Source: Eledone cirrhosa (lineage: Eukaryota). From it: a DNA stretch of 64,000 bases. The translations under genes and the position numbers were made by a program. Below, piece after piece: positions 51,990 through 64,000 of the stretch; within the stretch, counting starts at the first letter, position 1; every line of letters begins with the position of its first letter. The stretch covers positions 121,086,001 through 121,150,000 of the forward strand of contig OZ024742.1 in NCBI GenBank assembly GCA_964016885.1, given 5' to 3'. The notes beneath the pieces are model-generated. The model saw nothing but the letters and a program-made list of their open reading frames with translations. It was not told where the DNA came from and made no database searches.

Positions 51990-53310
51990 TTTAAATTAGT
52001 CATCTTTAACCACAAGTCATTTCTCTTGATTATATCCAGTCTACTTCTACTTTCTGATAAAGTATTAACGAGACTGAAGCCACCTTCTACTAAGAAGGAC
52101 GTTGGGAAGGCAAGCAAAATCAACTTTAAGTGCTTCTATAGGTTAGGATAAGATGTCACTACACTTTGATAATACCACAAGCCATGTTTACTTCATTGAG
52201 GCATCATTGTCATTTTGAAAATCTATCGATTCTTCCTGCACATTATCTTCCTGATCGATTATTTGAAGTTCAAACAGGTTGTCATACTAAATTGGAACTG
52301 GCAATGCAATGATATCCTGAAATTGCTGTACCATGTCACTATGCAAAAATTGTAAGCAATCGCGATATGTAATGGCATCTTATCAACCAATTCATCTTTC
52401 AAGCTATTCAATCATTGAAATTGGGGTGTTGACATTTTGAAATGTTCATATTATATAGCTTTAATTTGGAAATGAAGGCAATGATGGACAATTTACATTT
52501 GACAAGCGTTTTTGCTTGCCTTGCAATAACATGTTGGGATCATTTAATTTGGTGAAAATGTTGTTAAAGAAAATAGTATTACATTTTGAAGCCACCAGAT
52601 AAGTGGATAGTGGAGTGTTTTGAAAAAAGAAATGTATTATTGTATCAAAGAGTTTGACAAAATAGTCAACACATTTGTCTTTTGACAACCACTGCGCATC
52701 AGTATGGTACAAAAGCCTCACATAGTCATTATTATTATCAAGGTACAGTTGATGGAAAATTTGTTCAAAGAATTCAATTTTAGCTTGTTCACAGTTCTGA
52801 TAACTAACTGCAGTATATCACTAAGCCTGCTTTTGATATTTTTTGCCACTAAATGCTGCCACTGAACCACATGAGATGCACAGGCAACAATATTATTCAG
52901 TGAGATATTATGCTCATTAAAAAATAGCTTCAATAAATCTAAAATAGTTGTACCTTTTGAGTTAAGCAACAATTGATCAGTGAACAGCAACTCCTCACAA
53001 AGTTAAATATTTCCATTAAAAAAACCAACATGTACCATCATCAAGCATTGACTTCCCACAACTGTTGATTCTTCAACTTGTATGGAAAATTCAGAAGTCT
53101 GGAGATTATGGATGAGTTGATGTTTGACGTCACAACCAGTAACGCAATGTAAAGATGCGATCATTCAGTTATATTGCTGCAGAGTTATTTTCTGAAATTC
53201 CAAGATCAATATTTTCTGCTTTTCAAATGACATCTTAAGTTGTAAGAAATATGACAAAGGTTTTTCCATGTTCAGTATGCTTAGAATATAAATGATACCA
53301 TCTGTTTATA
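51990..53310 (-). mobile_element. Fossil hAT Buster/Charlie-type (SCAND3/ZBED8-like) transposase
   Basis: EFSIQVEEST (about 53065-53092) resembles FSLQLDEST. RLLYHTDAQWLSK resembles LLLHTEVRWLSK. LVEGGFS...RRLDI...NDL (about 52015-52095) resembles LVERGFS...RNRLDI..RGDLR. Many stops. Confidence 0.75.
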
Positions 53311-54099
53311 TGGGCATGTACATTGAGCTGTGAAGAGGTCCCATCTTAGGATTCTCATATTTTGTCTGGCATAGTCGTCCATGCCTCTTTGTCTATGATA
53401 TCTCAGAATTCTTAGAGGTCATCGCCTGTGTCAACTTTATGTGTGATCTCTCAGTGCTGGTAACACAGGTGAGTTTATCCTGAGGTCACTTCTTAATTTT
53501 ACTGGCAAAGTTGTCTTTGATTTTTATCCCACCCTCTCCAAAAAAAAATGTTATTTTGTCTGAAGAACTATTTGAATGTTAATGACCTTTCTCAAAACCA
53601 AAGAACATACCAAAATGTTCATTGTTTATGGGGATGTTTATATCTCATCTAGGAATGTGGCCAAATTACTATTTTTTATTTTATCCAAATCTGCTTCTTC
53701 AAACCTGGATCCTGTCACCCATAATGTAGAGAAGAAGATAGCTAAATACCAGGACTTGAGTGACTGCTTCCTTGTCCCATTTGATGTCAACATCCCTGGT
53801 TTCCTTGATTCCTGAACTGCCTTTTCTCTTTGCAAAATTGGGAAAATTGCATCCCACCCAAGGAAGGAGCCCCATGAAGCAGAGTGCTTGATCCAACGGG
53901 TATCTCTGGCTGCTCTTTGTGGAAATGTCTTTGCCATTTCCTCCATGGGGCATTGTTAAGATATACTGCATAGAGGGGAGTGTAGAGTCTGTTGCTCCTT
54001 CCTCTCTTTCCTTTACTTTCATTATATATATATATTTTTTTTTTTTATTGCAACATTATATAATTTAATTGAAATTTGTTGAATAAAATAACCCCATTA

Positions 54100-54877
54100 C
54101 TCTACAAGGCTTTTCCCTCAAAATGAAAGGCAGACTGTATGATGCGTGCATATGGACAGCAATGTTACATAGTAGTGAGACCTGGGCGCTGTGTGTAGAA
54201 GACTTGCATAGATTAGAAAGAAATGAAGCTTGCATGCTCCGATGGATGTGTAATAGAAATATACGTGAATGGCAAAGCATAAACGAATTGAGAGAGAGAC
54301 TGAGCATTAAAGGAATCAAATTCTGTGTGCAGGAGAGGAGGTTGCATTGGTATGGGCATGTGATGCGTATGAAGGATGATAGCTGCATAAAAAGGTGCAG
54401 AGCACTAAAAGTCGATGGAAGCCTTAGAGTGGAGAAACCCAAGAAGACCTGGGATGAGGTGATAAAAGCTGACCTTACTCAATTGCACCCCTCAAAGGTG
54501 ATGACACAGGACCGAGACCTCTGGCGTTACACAGTAATACAGAAGACCCGACTTCCCACGGGTACACACCGAAGCTGTACCATATAGACAATATGCCCCC
54601 ACTGCAAAGGGATCGTGGAGGTGTCATGAAAAAAAAGCACCCAGTCCACACAGTAAAGTGGTCGTGTAGGCGCTACGGAAAAAAAGCACCCAGAACTCAT
54701 TGTAAATGAGGTTGGTGTTAGGAAGAGCACCCAGCTGTAGAAATCAAGCTAAAATCAGTTCCTGTATGAACAAGACATGGCCATCCGACCTGGCATTGCC
54801 CACAACAGGACAACCCGTCTAACTCATGCTAGCGTAGAAGAATGGACGTAAAACGGTGATGATGATGATGATGATGA
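54100..54877 (+). mobile_element. RTE LINE 3' part (15095 subfamily)
   Basis: ORF 54123-54587 (MKGRLYDAC...WYGHVMRMKDD), then 3' UTR and (GAT)n tail. Confidence 0.92.
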
Positions 54878-55699
54878 CTCTACATGTTATCCCACAAACA
54901 AACTCCAGCTGCAACCCAAATTCTCTAACCCTTTAGCATTTACATTACTCTATATATATAATGGTATTTTTGTTGTAAAGACTTTATCTCAGATAATATC
55001 AAAGTTATGAGATTTTGATATCATTTATTTTGAGAACGATACCTTAACATCAGTATGTGTGGTCAGTTGCAGCTGGTTTGAACAGAAAGAGGTGAGAGAA
55101 TTCTGGCCGGATATGGCCAGTTTAAATGCTAAAGGGCAAACAAAGAAATCTTCTGACTAGTAGAACTTTCACCAATGTTATATATACAAAACAATGCTTA
55201 ATCGACTGTTTTGTCTGAGGTTAAAACACTGGGCTATTGATCACAGCATTATAAGTTTGAATTTTAGTTGAGTTATTACATTGTATCCCTAATCAAGGCA
55301 CATAACTCTACTAGCACTACCTTCCTTGAACTAAAACAAAAAAAGGAAAGAAAGAAATCAGATTCCACCCCTGTTATACAGTTGAGTGGTTAGTGATAGG
55401 AGTAGTATCCACCTGTAAAAACAATTACTTTAACAAAAAACATTACAAAAAAAAAATAATAAACAACCAATATAAACATGTAAGCATGGAAAATATATGT
55501 AAATGAAACAAAACAACAACAAAATTTAATGACCACCTGGAACAAATCCAAATGGAATGTTTACTACCTCTAACTATCTCTCGCACTAACTTTACCTTCA
55601 TTACTTGATCCATTAGCTTAAGTTCTCTATTATTTACACTGTTTAGTACTTTTTAGCAATTAATAACAATGCTGTTATGCTAGCCATTGGAAATAATGA

Positions 55700-55902
55700 C
55701 TTCTAGAACAATCTAATTAGCTGAGTGACTATCTAAAGATATTCACCATCTACTCTTATGTTTTTAGCATCTCAACAACAAACCCGAAAAGTTAAAGAAA
55801 ATTACAGAAAATATCAGTGGTCATTGCTGAGAAGCTGATAAAAAAGCAAGTAGAATGAGGGATATCTTAAGCTAGTCATTCAGCTAATTAGTTTGTGTTA
55901 GA
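55700..55902. repeat. Degenerate inverted repeat (MITE-like)
   Basis: ctaattagctgagtgactatctaaagatat pairs with atatcttaagctagtcattcagctaattag. Confidence 0.55.
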
Positions 55903-58900
55903 AATCTATTTTTGATGACACACACACATTTGTCTACTAGTAACTGAAGCTTTCCACTCCGAGTTTCACTTTTAGTAATCTACCAAGTGACTAACTGGGG
56001 ATGGTCACTATAATGGCACTACTTATCACATTCTCTTTAGCTGTCTTTTTATTGGTCAATTCCCTAGTCATGTGTGGGACCGGTGCTACTATTGCAGTCA
56101 CATAGCATGCAGACCTCAGAGAAGTACATTACTGGACCTTAAAAGATCATAGTTTTATACAAATTTTTACATCAGGGTTTCCAAATTATCTCAGTTTATC
56201 TTGGACTGTGATTGTAATTGTAAGTTACACATTATAGTTAGTGTGCCACAAACAATTCCACATTAAACTCATCATATACAGACATGCATGGTCTCATAAC
56301 TCCTCAGGGAGCTATAGGGTGCCATATTGATATCCAGCATTTCTAAACCTGGCAGAGCCCATCCCCTCTCCAGGTCTGAATACAACAGATTTCTTCCAGG
56401 GAAGGATAGAAAATGATAGAATGGAAATGAGAAAGAGATATAAAGGAAGAATCAACTGCAGTACTAAATTCGTACTTCTTTTATCAACCTCATACACATG
56501 AAAGGCCAAGTGGACCGTGGCAGGATTTGAACTCAGAAAGCTGATATAAATACTGCAAATCCTTCTATCTGACAACTCTGCCAATTTGCAATAAACCATC
56601 ACCAAATGGACATAATTTCCAGTTATGAAAGATAGTCACAAGCTGTGTCTGTATGTAGAGTAGTGGTAAGCTCTTGGCAAGACAACTCTTTGATGCAGGT
56701 TCAATTCCAATCTAAGATATTTCACTTAATTTTCTGGTCAAAGTCAATAACCTGGAGAGTCAAATTCTGTAGTTTGAATTGGCCTTAACTGTATGGATAC
56801 AAAACCTTCAGTTATAATGCATCTCCTCATTAAAGTGGATAGGATGTTCACATTTCTCATATATATGCATTATCATCATCATCCTTATTTAATGTCTATT
56901 TTTACCTGCTAGCAAGGGTTGGACAGGTCTTCACAGACCTAGTCAATACTCAAGTTGGGTTACTGACCTCTCAGATAGGCTGGGGGCCTGTGTCTCACTT
57001 ACATACAGTCCCACACTCTACAGAGTGTATTTTGTCATGACACCAACACTAGGGAGGGTGTCATATTTTTGACACAACTGAAGGACTCTCCCAACTCTGG
57101 CAAGCTTTCTACAGCTGCATGTCCTTCCTATCACCAACCACTTTACAGTGTGCTGGGTGTATTTATCATGTAGATCACCAACACTAGGAAGGTTATCATG
57201 TCTTTGACACAACTGAAGGGTCCTCTTGGCCCTTTCTTTTGTATGATAATAATGAAATTATTGTGTACAGCGCTAAGGTGCACTACAACTTGTCAAAGGT
57301 GCATGTATAGTACATAGAATAATATACAAATGTCAGGGAAGTGAATAGTTAGTGTATGAGTCATGATATACATGTGTGCGTGTGTATGGAGGGGGAATAT
57401 TAGGTATAATGTTGGCGAATCTCAGGAAGCATGGAGGTTTTAAAGGATTCAGTGTTTCGACAGCTAAATATGTATTTATTTATTCAACCTTTTCTCATCA
57501 TGGAGGATAGGTATATTAGGTGATAAAGGAAATATAACTGAGGTGATGAAATAATGATAATTGTTTCTACGTTAGGCACAAGGCCAGCAATTACCCAGTG
57601 TATTACTGGTACTTTATTTTATCGACCCCGTAAGGATGAAAGGCAAAGTTAACCTCGGCGGGATTTGAACTCAGAATGGCAAGGGCCGTAACTCTATGCG
57701 CCAAAGGATGGCATCCGACACTCTACCAATACTGCCAATCCATAGTAGCTAAAGAGTCTGATAAATTCATTATAGGTAATTACTTCACTGTAGTTGCATC
57801 AATATCCTTATTTAACGTCCTCTAGCAAGGTTTGACTGGGTCAAGTGTATCTTCTGTCATTTTATTGCCTGTAATTTCACTGCAAGCATGGAAAATAGAC
57901 ATTAAACAGTGATGATGTATGCTGTTATAATTGTTTCTACTTTTGGCACAAGACCAGCAATTACTCCAGTGCATTACTGGCGCTTTATTTTATCAACCCT
58001 GTAAGGATGAAAGGCAAAGCTAACCTTGGCAGGATTTGAATTCATAATGTAAAGGGCCATAACTCTATGCTGCGAAGCATGGTGTTTCACGCTCTTCCGA
58101 TACTGCCAAAGGAAAGTATACTATGTATTGCCAAAATACGCAAAATGTGAATAACTAAATTGAGATATTATGCATGCAAATAAAAGAATACAAATGTAAG
58201 GTACAATGGCTGTAAAATAAAGATGCTGAATGTTTCAATTTATTTTTTACAGTCAAATAAGTCACTATATCTTGATATAGTATTTTAACACTATCATACT
58301 TGCATGTACTGAAACAAGAGGGATTTGATTACGTTATGATTACTGACTGCCCTTCTGTATTTTCCATCAAAGCAGGTTCTCTGACTTTCTTTACTTCCCC
58401 ATCATCATCTACCTTATCATTTTACATCCACTTTGTCCATGCTGGCATGGGCTAGATTAGTTGTTACAGACCGGGTCAGTTTTTATTTGCAACTGCTGCC
58501 CTCTTCGATGGCTCTGGGCCACATCTCATGTTCTAATTTTGATATGGCCTCTACAACTGGGTGTCCTTCGTAATGCTAATTACCTAAAATAATATACACC
58601 ATGCATCCAGTATACTCCGTCAAGTGATTGGTGTTAGCAAGGGCAGCCAGCCGGAGAAACAATACGAAGATGGGGCGTTTGATAGAGACGTAGTTATTCG
58701 ACTAGTCAAGGAGAATAACTTGAAATAAGAACTAACCCAGACCGAATCCGTTCAACCAATGACAACATAGAAAACGAACATAAAATAATAATGATAATTA
58801 ATGTATTAAAAATATATTTCTAATATTAACACATGACCACAGATTTGTAACTGAGGAAAATAGTAAAATGAATAACATATTTCTGGTATTTATTTATTCC

Positions 58901-59806
58901 CTCTTTCCATGCCTCATCACGAAGGATAACAGACAAATAGTTCGGCGAAATCTGAACTCGGAACGTATTAAATCTAAATAAAATATTTCTCTCTTTCAAA
59001 TTTGTCAATATTTCTTCTTTATCGATATAAAACAATATTCGGAGTACAACACTGTTGAATGGTCATGAGTTTTAAAAAATGTGTTTTCAAAGTTAATATT
59101 TCCAAACGTTTTATTACAACTAATAGGTATGGTGTTTAGACCTAATCGAGTAAATTAAGATCATTCCAGCTGAACCAATATTGTATTTCTCCAGATATAC
59201 TGCCTCCAGGACCATATCACATGTGTACCTTTCTAAGACGATGTGAAATAATTTGAGAGATTTGAGTGCTATTTCTAGCAGGTCGTGAGACCATGTAGAG
59301 GCTTCTTCATTGGCTTGTTTGATTACCATAGTATATGGTATCGTAAAATAAATTAACTCAAGTTTCACTTATATAATTTGTTGGTTTGCTTCATATTTCC
59401 ATCCAGGTATTTGTCTTGGATTTTATTAAAAATCCAAATAATTAAAAAAATTTTATTTGAGTGCCATAACAGAAGAATGTCTATACATATGAGTTTTAGA
59501 TTATTTCCATACTGATGCCCGTTTTTCAATTATTTCCTTTCCTTCGATATACAGTTGACAACATTTCGATCGGCCTAATTCCAATCGTTTCAAAATTATA
59601 TTTTTGGGCTAGGCTTAGGGAAGCTAAACAGAGAATTTGGACACTTGATAAAATTGCAAATTAATTAATTAAACGGAACCGAAATAATTATTTTAAAAGA
59701 AAACTAGTAGAAAGACAATAATTAAAACTAAAAAAAGGTCTGTAGCAGTAGTAATCAAATGAATATATCTGGGAATATAGTGGAGTTTTCTGGTCAATGC
59801 TGGACG

Positions 59807-60031
59807 GTTCTCGAATTTTCCAGTTATTTCTTCGAAAACTAGTTTTATATTGAAGGGAAGGGATAGTAGGAAGAAACTAATAATAATAGTAGTTATTAAA
59901 CAGCGCTGAACCAATCAAATCTTTCAATACATATTAATGTAGAGAATGATAACCAATGAAAAGGCTTATATGATCAAGTGTAATCGACTGTCTTTTCGTG
60001 ACATTTCCATCTCATTCCGGACAAGGTAAGA
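59807..60031 (+). promoter_or_regulatory. Probable Hsp110 promoter: heat-shock element, two CCAAT boxes, TATA-like element, short non-coding exon and donor
   Basis: TTCtcGAAttTTC at 59808-59820 with a further in-phase TTC at 59828; CCAAT at 59911 and 59953; TTATAT near 59966; strong donor AAG|GTAAGA at 60025/60026. Confidence 0.7.
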
Positions 60032-60471
60032 CGTCTCTTGTCGACTCCATAAATTCCTGACGTAATACGACTGTTAAGATTTTTTTCCCAACTAGCTCGC
60101 AGGTGACATATTAGAAACTCTTGGACAGTGTATTGTTATCTTTCTATGATTTATATGAATTGGTGTGAAAGTGTCAGAAGAAAGACAGAAGCCGGGCGAA
60201 TTAAATCGACAGAAAGGCAACGAGGCAGTCCATATCCACGAGGATTTAGTTATCATTTATTAAAAAGGTATATTTGTCTACATATCCACTAAGAACGCTT
60301 ATAACTTGAAGTTAAATTTTCTTAGAAGAGACGAGGGGTGTATTTTTTATTTAGTTTATTTAGATACTTTTATTTTTAAATATTGAGTTTTATTCTACAA
60401 TGCCGGTAGATGCTACCGAGTATGCCAGTAGGGATTACTCAATTGCTAGAAAGCGGGTGAGGTATATATAT

Positions 60472-60504
<33 letters not shown>

Positions 60505-60704
60505 ATGTCTTCCTCTATGTGTGTGTGTAATATATATATATAATAGTTTTATTGTAGACCCGTTTAAAGGAGAAGCAATCTTAAAGTTGGATTTAAAATA
60601 TCCGTTTTGAGGGATTCAAGTTCTTTGTTAGGCATATCGTTTATCTTGTTTCATTGTATACACTTGGTTGCCTTCTAAAAATTTACGTTTATTTTTGAGA
60701 GATC

Positions 60705-60727
60705 TTCTAATGGTTTCTAGAATTTTC
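60705..60727. promoter_or_regulatory. Intronic heat-shock element
   Basis: TTCtaGAAttTTC at 60715-60727 with an in-phase TTC at 60705. Confidence 0.55.
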
Positions 60728-61627
60728 TTTCTGAATTATTAATTTAAATTTATGCATTTCATGTAAATACACGCCCGGAAGAACATTACATATAGTAAAC
60801 ATACTATGTTTCCATTGTTTATCCAATCCCGCCGTATATATAACTCGTTGACATGATATTCTTAATATCCACACCTAAAGGCACTCCTGTTATCGCAATT
60901 TGCAATTAAAATTCAGAAATTCTTGCTTTTCATTATATTAACGAGTATCTTCCTAAACTTGAATGTGTTTAAAGCTGTTTTACCTGTGTATCCGTAACAT
61001 AAGGGGGGGGGGGATGCTACTCCTACACCTACTACATAGTGAAGGATCACTGCATCGTTGATGGATTCTTGCCTTTTTTTTTTGACACTTATACAATCTT
61101 TCTGCCGTCAAATGCCCGCAATCTGAATGAATCCGTAAATTAACTAGGTGTTAATCTATCAGTAACAAAAAAAAAAAAAATACTGCCATTGAACTACTAT
61201 ACTTATTCAGTTTCACTCGTCCATTAAATGTTCATTGGAAAAATCCCTGTAAGAATTATTATTCTATTATATAATAGAAATTGTGTTTCTCTCTAGAAAT
61301 ATTTATTCTTTATAAAATTCGATTAAATCGACTATACCCATCCCCATAATTTGAAGCCTTGTGTCTGCGAAATCAATATTCCTTATTGACTGTTTAAAAA
61401 AAAATCCTTTCTAATAAATAATATTGAATTCTTTTATTCAAACTATTTCAATAGTCACCTGTTTTAATCACCTAAAAGACAATAGATGATTATTATTTGT
61501 ACCCTACGACCCTTTTGTGATTTGTTAATCGACTGAAAATAATCACACCCCTTAATATAATCATTTACGTAGAAGAATAAGATAAAATGTTATACGAAAA
61601 TCTTCCTTGTTTTAATTTTTTTGTTCT

Positions 61628-61666
61628 TTCTCGAAAGAACGAAACTGGAGCCATTCCGGAATGTTC
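61628..61666. promoter_or_regulatory. Intronic heat-shock element
   Basis: TTCcgGAAtgTTC at 61654-61666 and TTCtcGAA at 61628-61635. Confidence 0.55.
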
Positions 61667-62678
61667 TAGTAAATGACTGATTTTTCTAATGATCTTTCCA
61701 GAATATACATATGGAGTTTCAGACAGTCTTAACATTTTGGTTTAATTTTAATATTACATCGGGATTTCATTGTTCTAAATCAATTCTGTGTAAATAGTTA
61801 ATACGAGCTTTATTTTTTTTTATTTTTATCTCAATGATCAACTGTTGATCAGTCAATAGCGTCAAAAGCAGTACAACGATCTTTTAACATTTGTCTTTGA
61901 TAACAAACATTAAGGAAGGTGATTCTATTTTTTTGTACTTCTAGTAGCCTTTCTATAGATTAGGAGTGGGTGTTTAAAGTAAGCCCCCCCCCCCCCCCCC
62001 CTCATGGTTGATTATGCAACACGATAATGTTAAATTTCTGTTTCAGCCCTTGATATTTATCATGATTTTTTTTTTTTTTTTAAAGATCTTGAATTTGGTA
62101 ATAATAAAGGTAGCTTAAGTGTAAGATTATTTTGCACTTTATGTACTTGTAATTTTACAATAATTCTCAGAATTTTTACTGTACTTTTAACATGGGTACA
62201 ATATTTACTTCGAATTGAATGAATATTTAATTTCTATTGTTTTAAATGGTCTGTCAAGCAATTTTAACGTCTGAATTTCTTTGTATACAATTTGTTTTTG
62301 ATTTGGTAATTTTTTTTCCATCATGAAAGGGTATTCGTGTAGAATAAAGTCTGATATGTACCTGATTTTTCGCCAAATTCTTAATGATTTATTTGTGTAT
62401 TTTTTTAGCCTTTTCTTTGCTCGTTGCGATGTATATTCCATATTCTGTCTAGGTATATTGGGGTGGCTGAGCTCTACAAACAACGGTGTTATGATTTCTC
62501 GGATTTTTCTTCCAGTTTAATATTATTGTCAGCTATATCCGACTTTATTGTACACATAAAACTATACTGTTGGATTTGAAATTATAATTTTAACAGCTGT
62601 AATTTATAGAATAAGTTTTAACTAAGTCCTATTTTTGTATCCCTAAAGTGAAAGTAAAACTTATTGGAAAATTAAAAA

Positions 62679-62719
<41 letters not shown>

Positions 62720-63169
62720 TATATTGTTGTGAAGATTTATTTACCAAATATCTACAAATTCATTAATGCAAGAAGCTGTTTGTTGCTAAATTGAGCTCTC
62801 TTCATGTGTGCACACGGGTAGGAAAAAATATCACTTGTCCTGCACCGTCTTGGAGTTTTTTTTTTTTTTTTTTTTTTTGTTTTTTTCTCAACACCTCAAT
62901 TGTCTATATATAAATACTCAGATCGATTGGATCAACGAAGTTAAATAAATGGTTCAAAATTTCGTATATTTAGAAACTTAGTACCTATCATTCTTACAGA
63001 AACAGAAAGTAGATTTTTTTTAGTTTTACTTTCTTCAAATTTTACGTTCATCTTATAGGTAAAGAAAAATAGGACTTTAACCAAGATTATGAATTATTTC
63101 TATAAAATGTATATGAATGTATACATGTAAGATTATTTATATATATATTTTTAATTTTATTTTGCAGTT

Positions 63170-64000
63170 ATGTCTGTCGTGGGAATTGATTTTGGAACCC
63201 AATCCTGCTACATTGCTGTAGCTAGGACTGGGGGCATCGAGACTATAGACAATGAATATAGCGACCGGTGTACACCAAATTATGTGTCCTTTGGAGAAAA
63301 TGTTCGAGCTATTGGTAATTCTGCTAAGAATCAATGTATCACAAATTTTAGGAATACAGTTTATTCTTATAAAGAATTGCTTGGAAGACCTTATTCTGAT
63401 GAACAAGTGAAACTACTGCAGGAGAAAGTTCCTTTTAAGATTGTTGAAGATAAGGGCCAGGCAATTGTAGAAGTTCAGTACAGAAATGAAATTAATCAAT
63501 ATAATCCTTTGCAAATAACTGCAATGATGTTAATGAAACTAAAAGAAACTGCAGAAGTAGCCCTGAAAGCTAAAGTTGTTGATTGTGTTGTATCTGTGCC
63601 ATCAACATACACTGATATACAGAGAAGAGCCATGTTAGATGCCTGCCAAATGGTTAGCTTGAATTGTCTGCGTATTATGAATGATACAACAGCTACAGCT
63701 TTAGCATATGGAATTTATAAGCAAGATCTTCCTGAAGAAACTGAGAGTAGGCGTGTTATAGTTTTTGTAGATATGGGCTATGCACATTTACAAGTTTCAG
63801 CTTGTGCTTTTAATAAGGGAAAACTAAAATTGTTAGGCATTTCCAAAGGAAATGTTGGAGGCCGTGATTTTGATGGTGTAATTGTGGATCATTTTGTTAA
63901 AGAATTTAAAAAACAATACAAAATTGATGCCAGTACAAACAAAAAAGCTATGATTCGTCTAACACATGAGTGTGAAAAATTGAAAAAGCAATTGAGTGTA
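63170..64000 (+). CDS. HSPA4: Hsp110/HSPA4-family (97/105/110-kDa) heat-shock protein, N-terminal 277 codons, runs off the window
   Basis: Reads MSVVGIDFGTQSCYIAVARTGGIETIDNEYSDRCTP...LNCLRIMNDTTATALAYGIYKQDLP...VFVDMG...CAFNKGKLK...GGRDFD...ECEKLKKQLS, which are Hsp110-specific motifs. The frame is open to the window end. Acceptor ttttgcAG at 63166-67 lies 2 nt before the ATG. Confidence 0.95.
   Translation, partial: MSVVGIDFGTQSCYIAVARTGGIETIDNEYSDRCTPNYVSFGENVRAIGNSAKNQCITNFRNTVYSYKELLGRPYSDEQVKLLQEKVPFKIVEDKGQAIVEVQYRNEINQYNPLQITAMMLMKLKETAEVALKAKVVDCVVSVPSTYTDIQRRAMLDACQMVSLNCLRIMNDTTATALAYGIYKQDLPEETESRRVIVFVDMGYAHLQVSACAFNKGKLKLLGISKGNVGGRDFDGVIVDHFVKEFKKQYKIDASTNKKAMIRLTHECEKLKKQLSV

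Noticed and set aside
53638-54022. Minus-strand ORFs as a host exon
   Set aside because: No recognisable domain or splice context. Possibly an old LINE remnant, but too weak to call.

Overview
AT-rich, repeat-dense animal genomic DNA. The SINE, RTE-LINE and (TA)n make-up points to an octopod cephalopod; this is inferred, not verified. Two host genes are visible, both on +. One is a complete DGCR6/gonadal-family gene with 4 coding exons (7703-27043, 193 aa). The other is the first 277 codons of an Hsp110/HSPA4-family gene (63170 to the window end) that has no coding introns over that span, with heat-shock elements upstream and in the predicted 5'-UTR intron. The rest is decayed RTE LINEs (carrying a PHD finger inside the RT), CR1 tails, tRNA-derived SINEs, TTAA-flanked MITEs, a hAT/Buster fossil and mini/microsatellites. 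The most notable layer is a set of type I hammerhead-ribozyme (HHR) motifs in fold-back elements, most of them next to (TA)n tracts. It includes a 1297-nt retrozyme-like monomer whose 5' end lies 5 nt from the predicted self-cleavage site. It also includes hairpins at about 13.1-14.0 kb whose arm mismatches are overwhelmingly one-directional (T>C on +, A>G on -), the pattern expected if ADAR-hyper-edited RNA was reverse-transcribed back into the genome. All alignments and counts were done by eye, and repeat boundaries are approximate.
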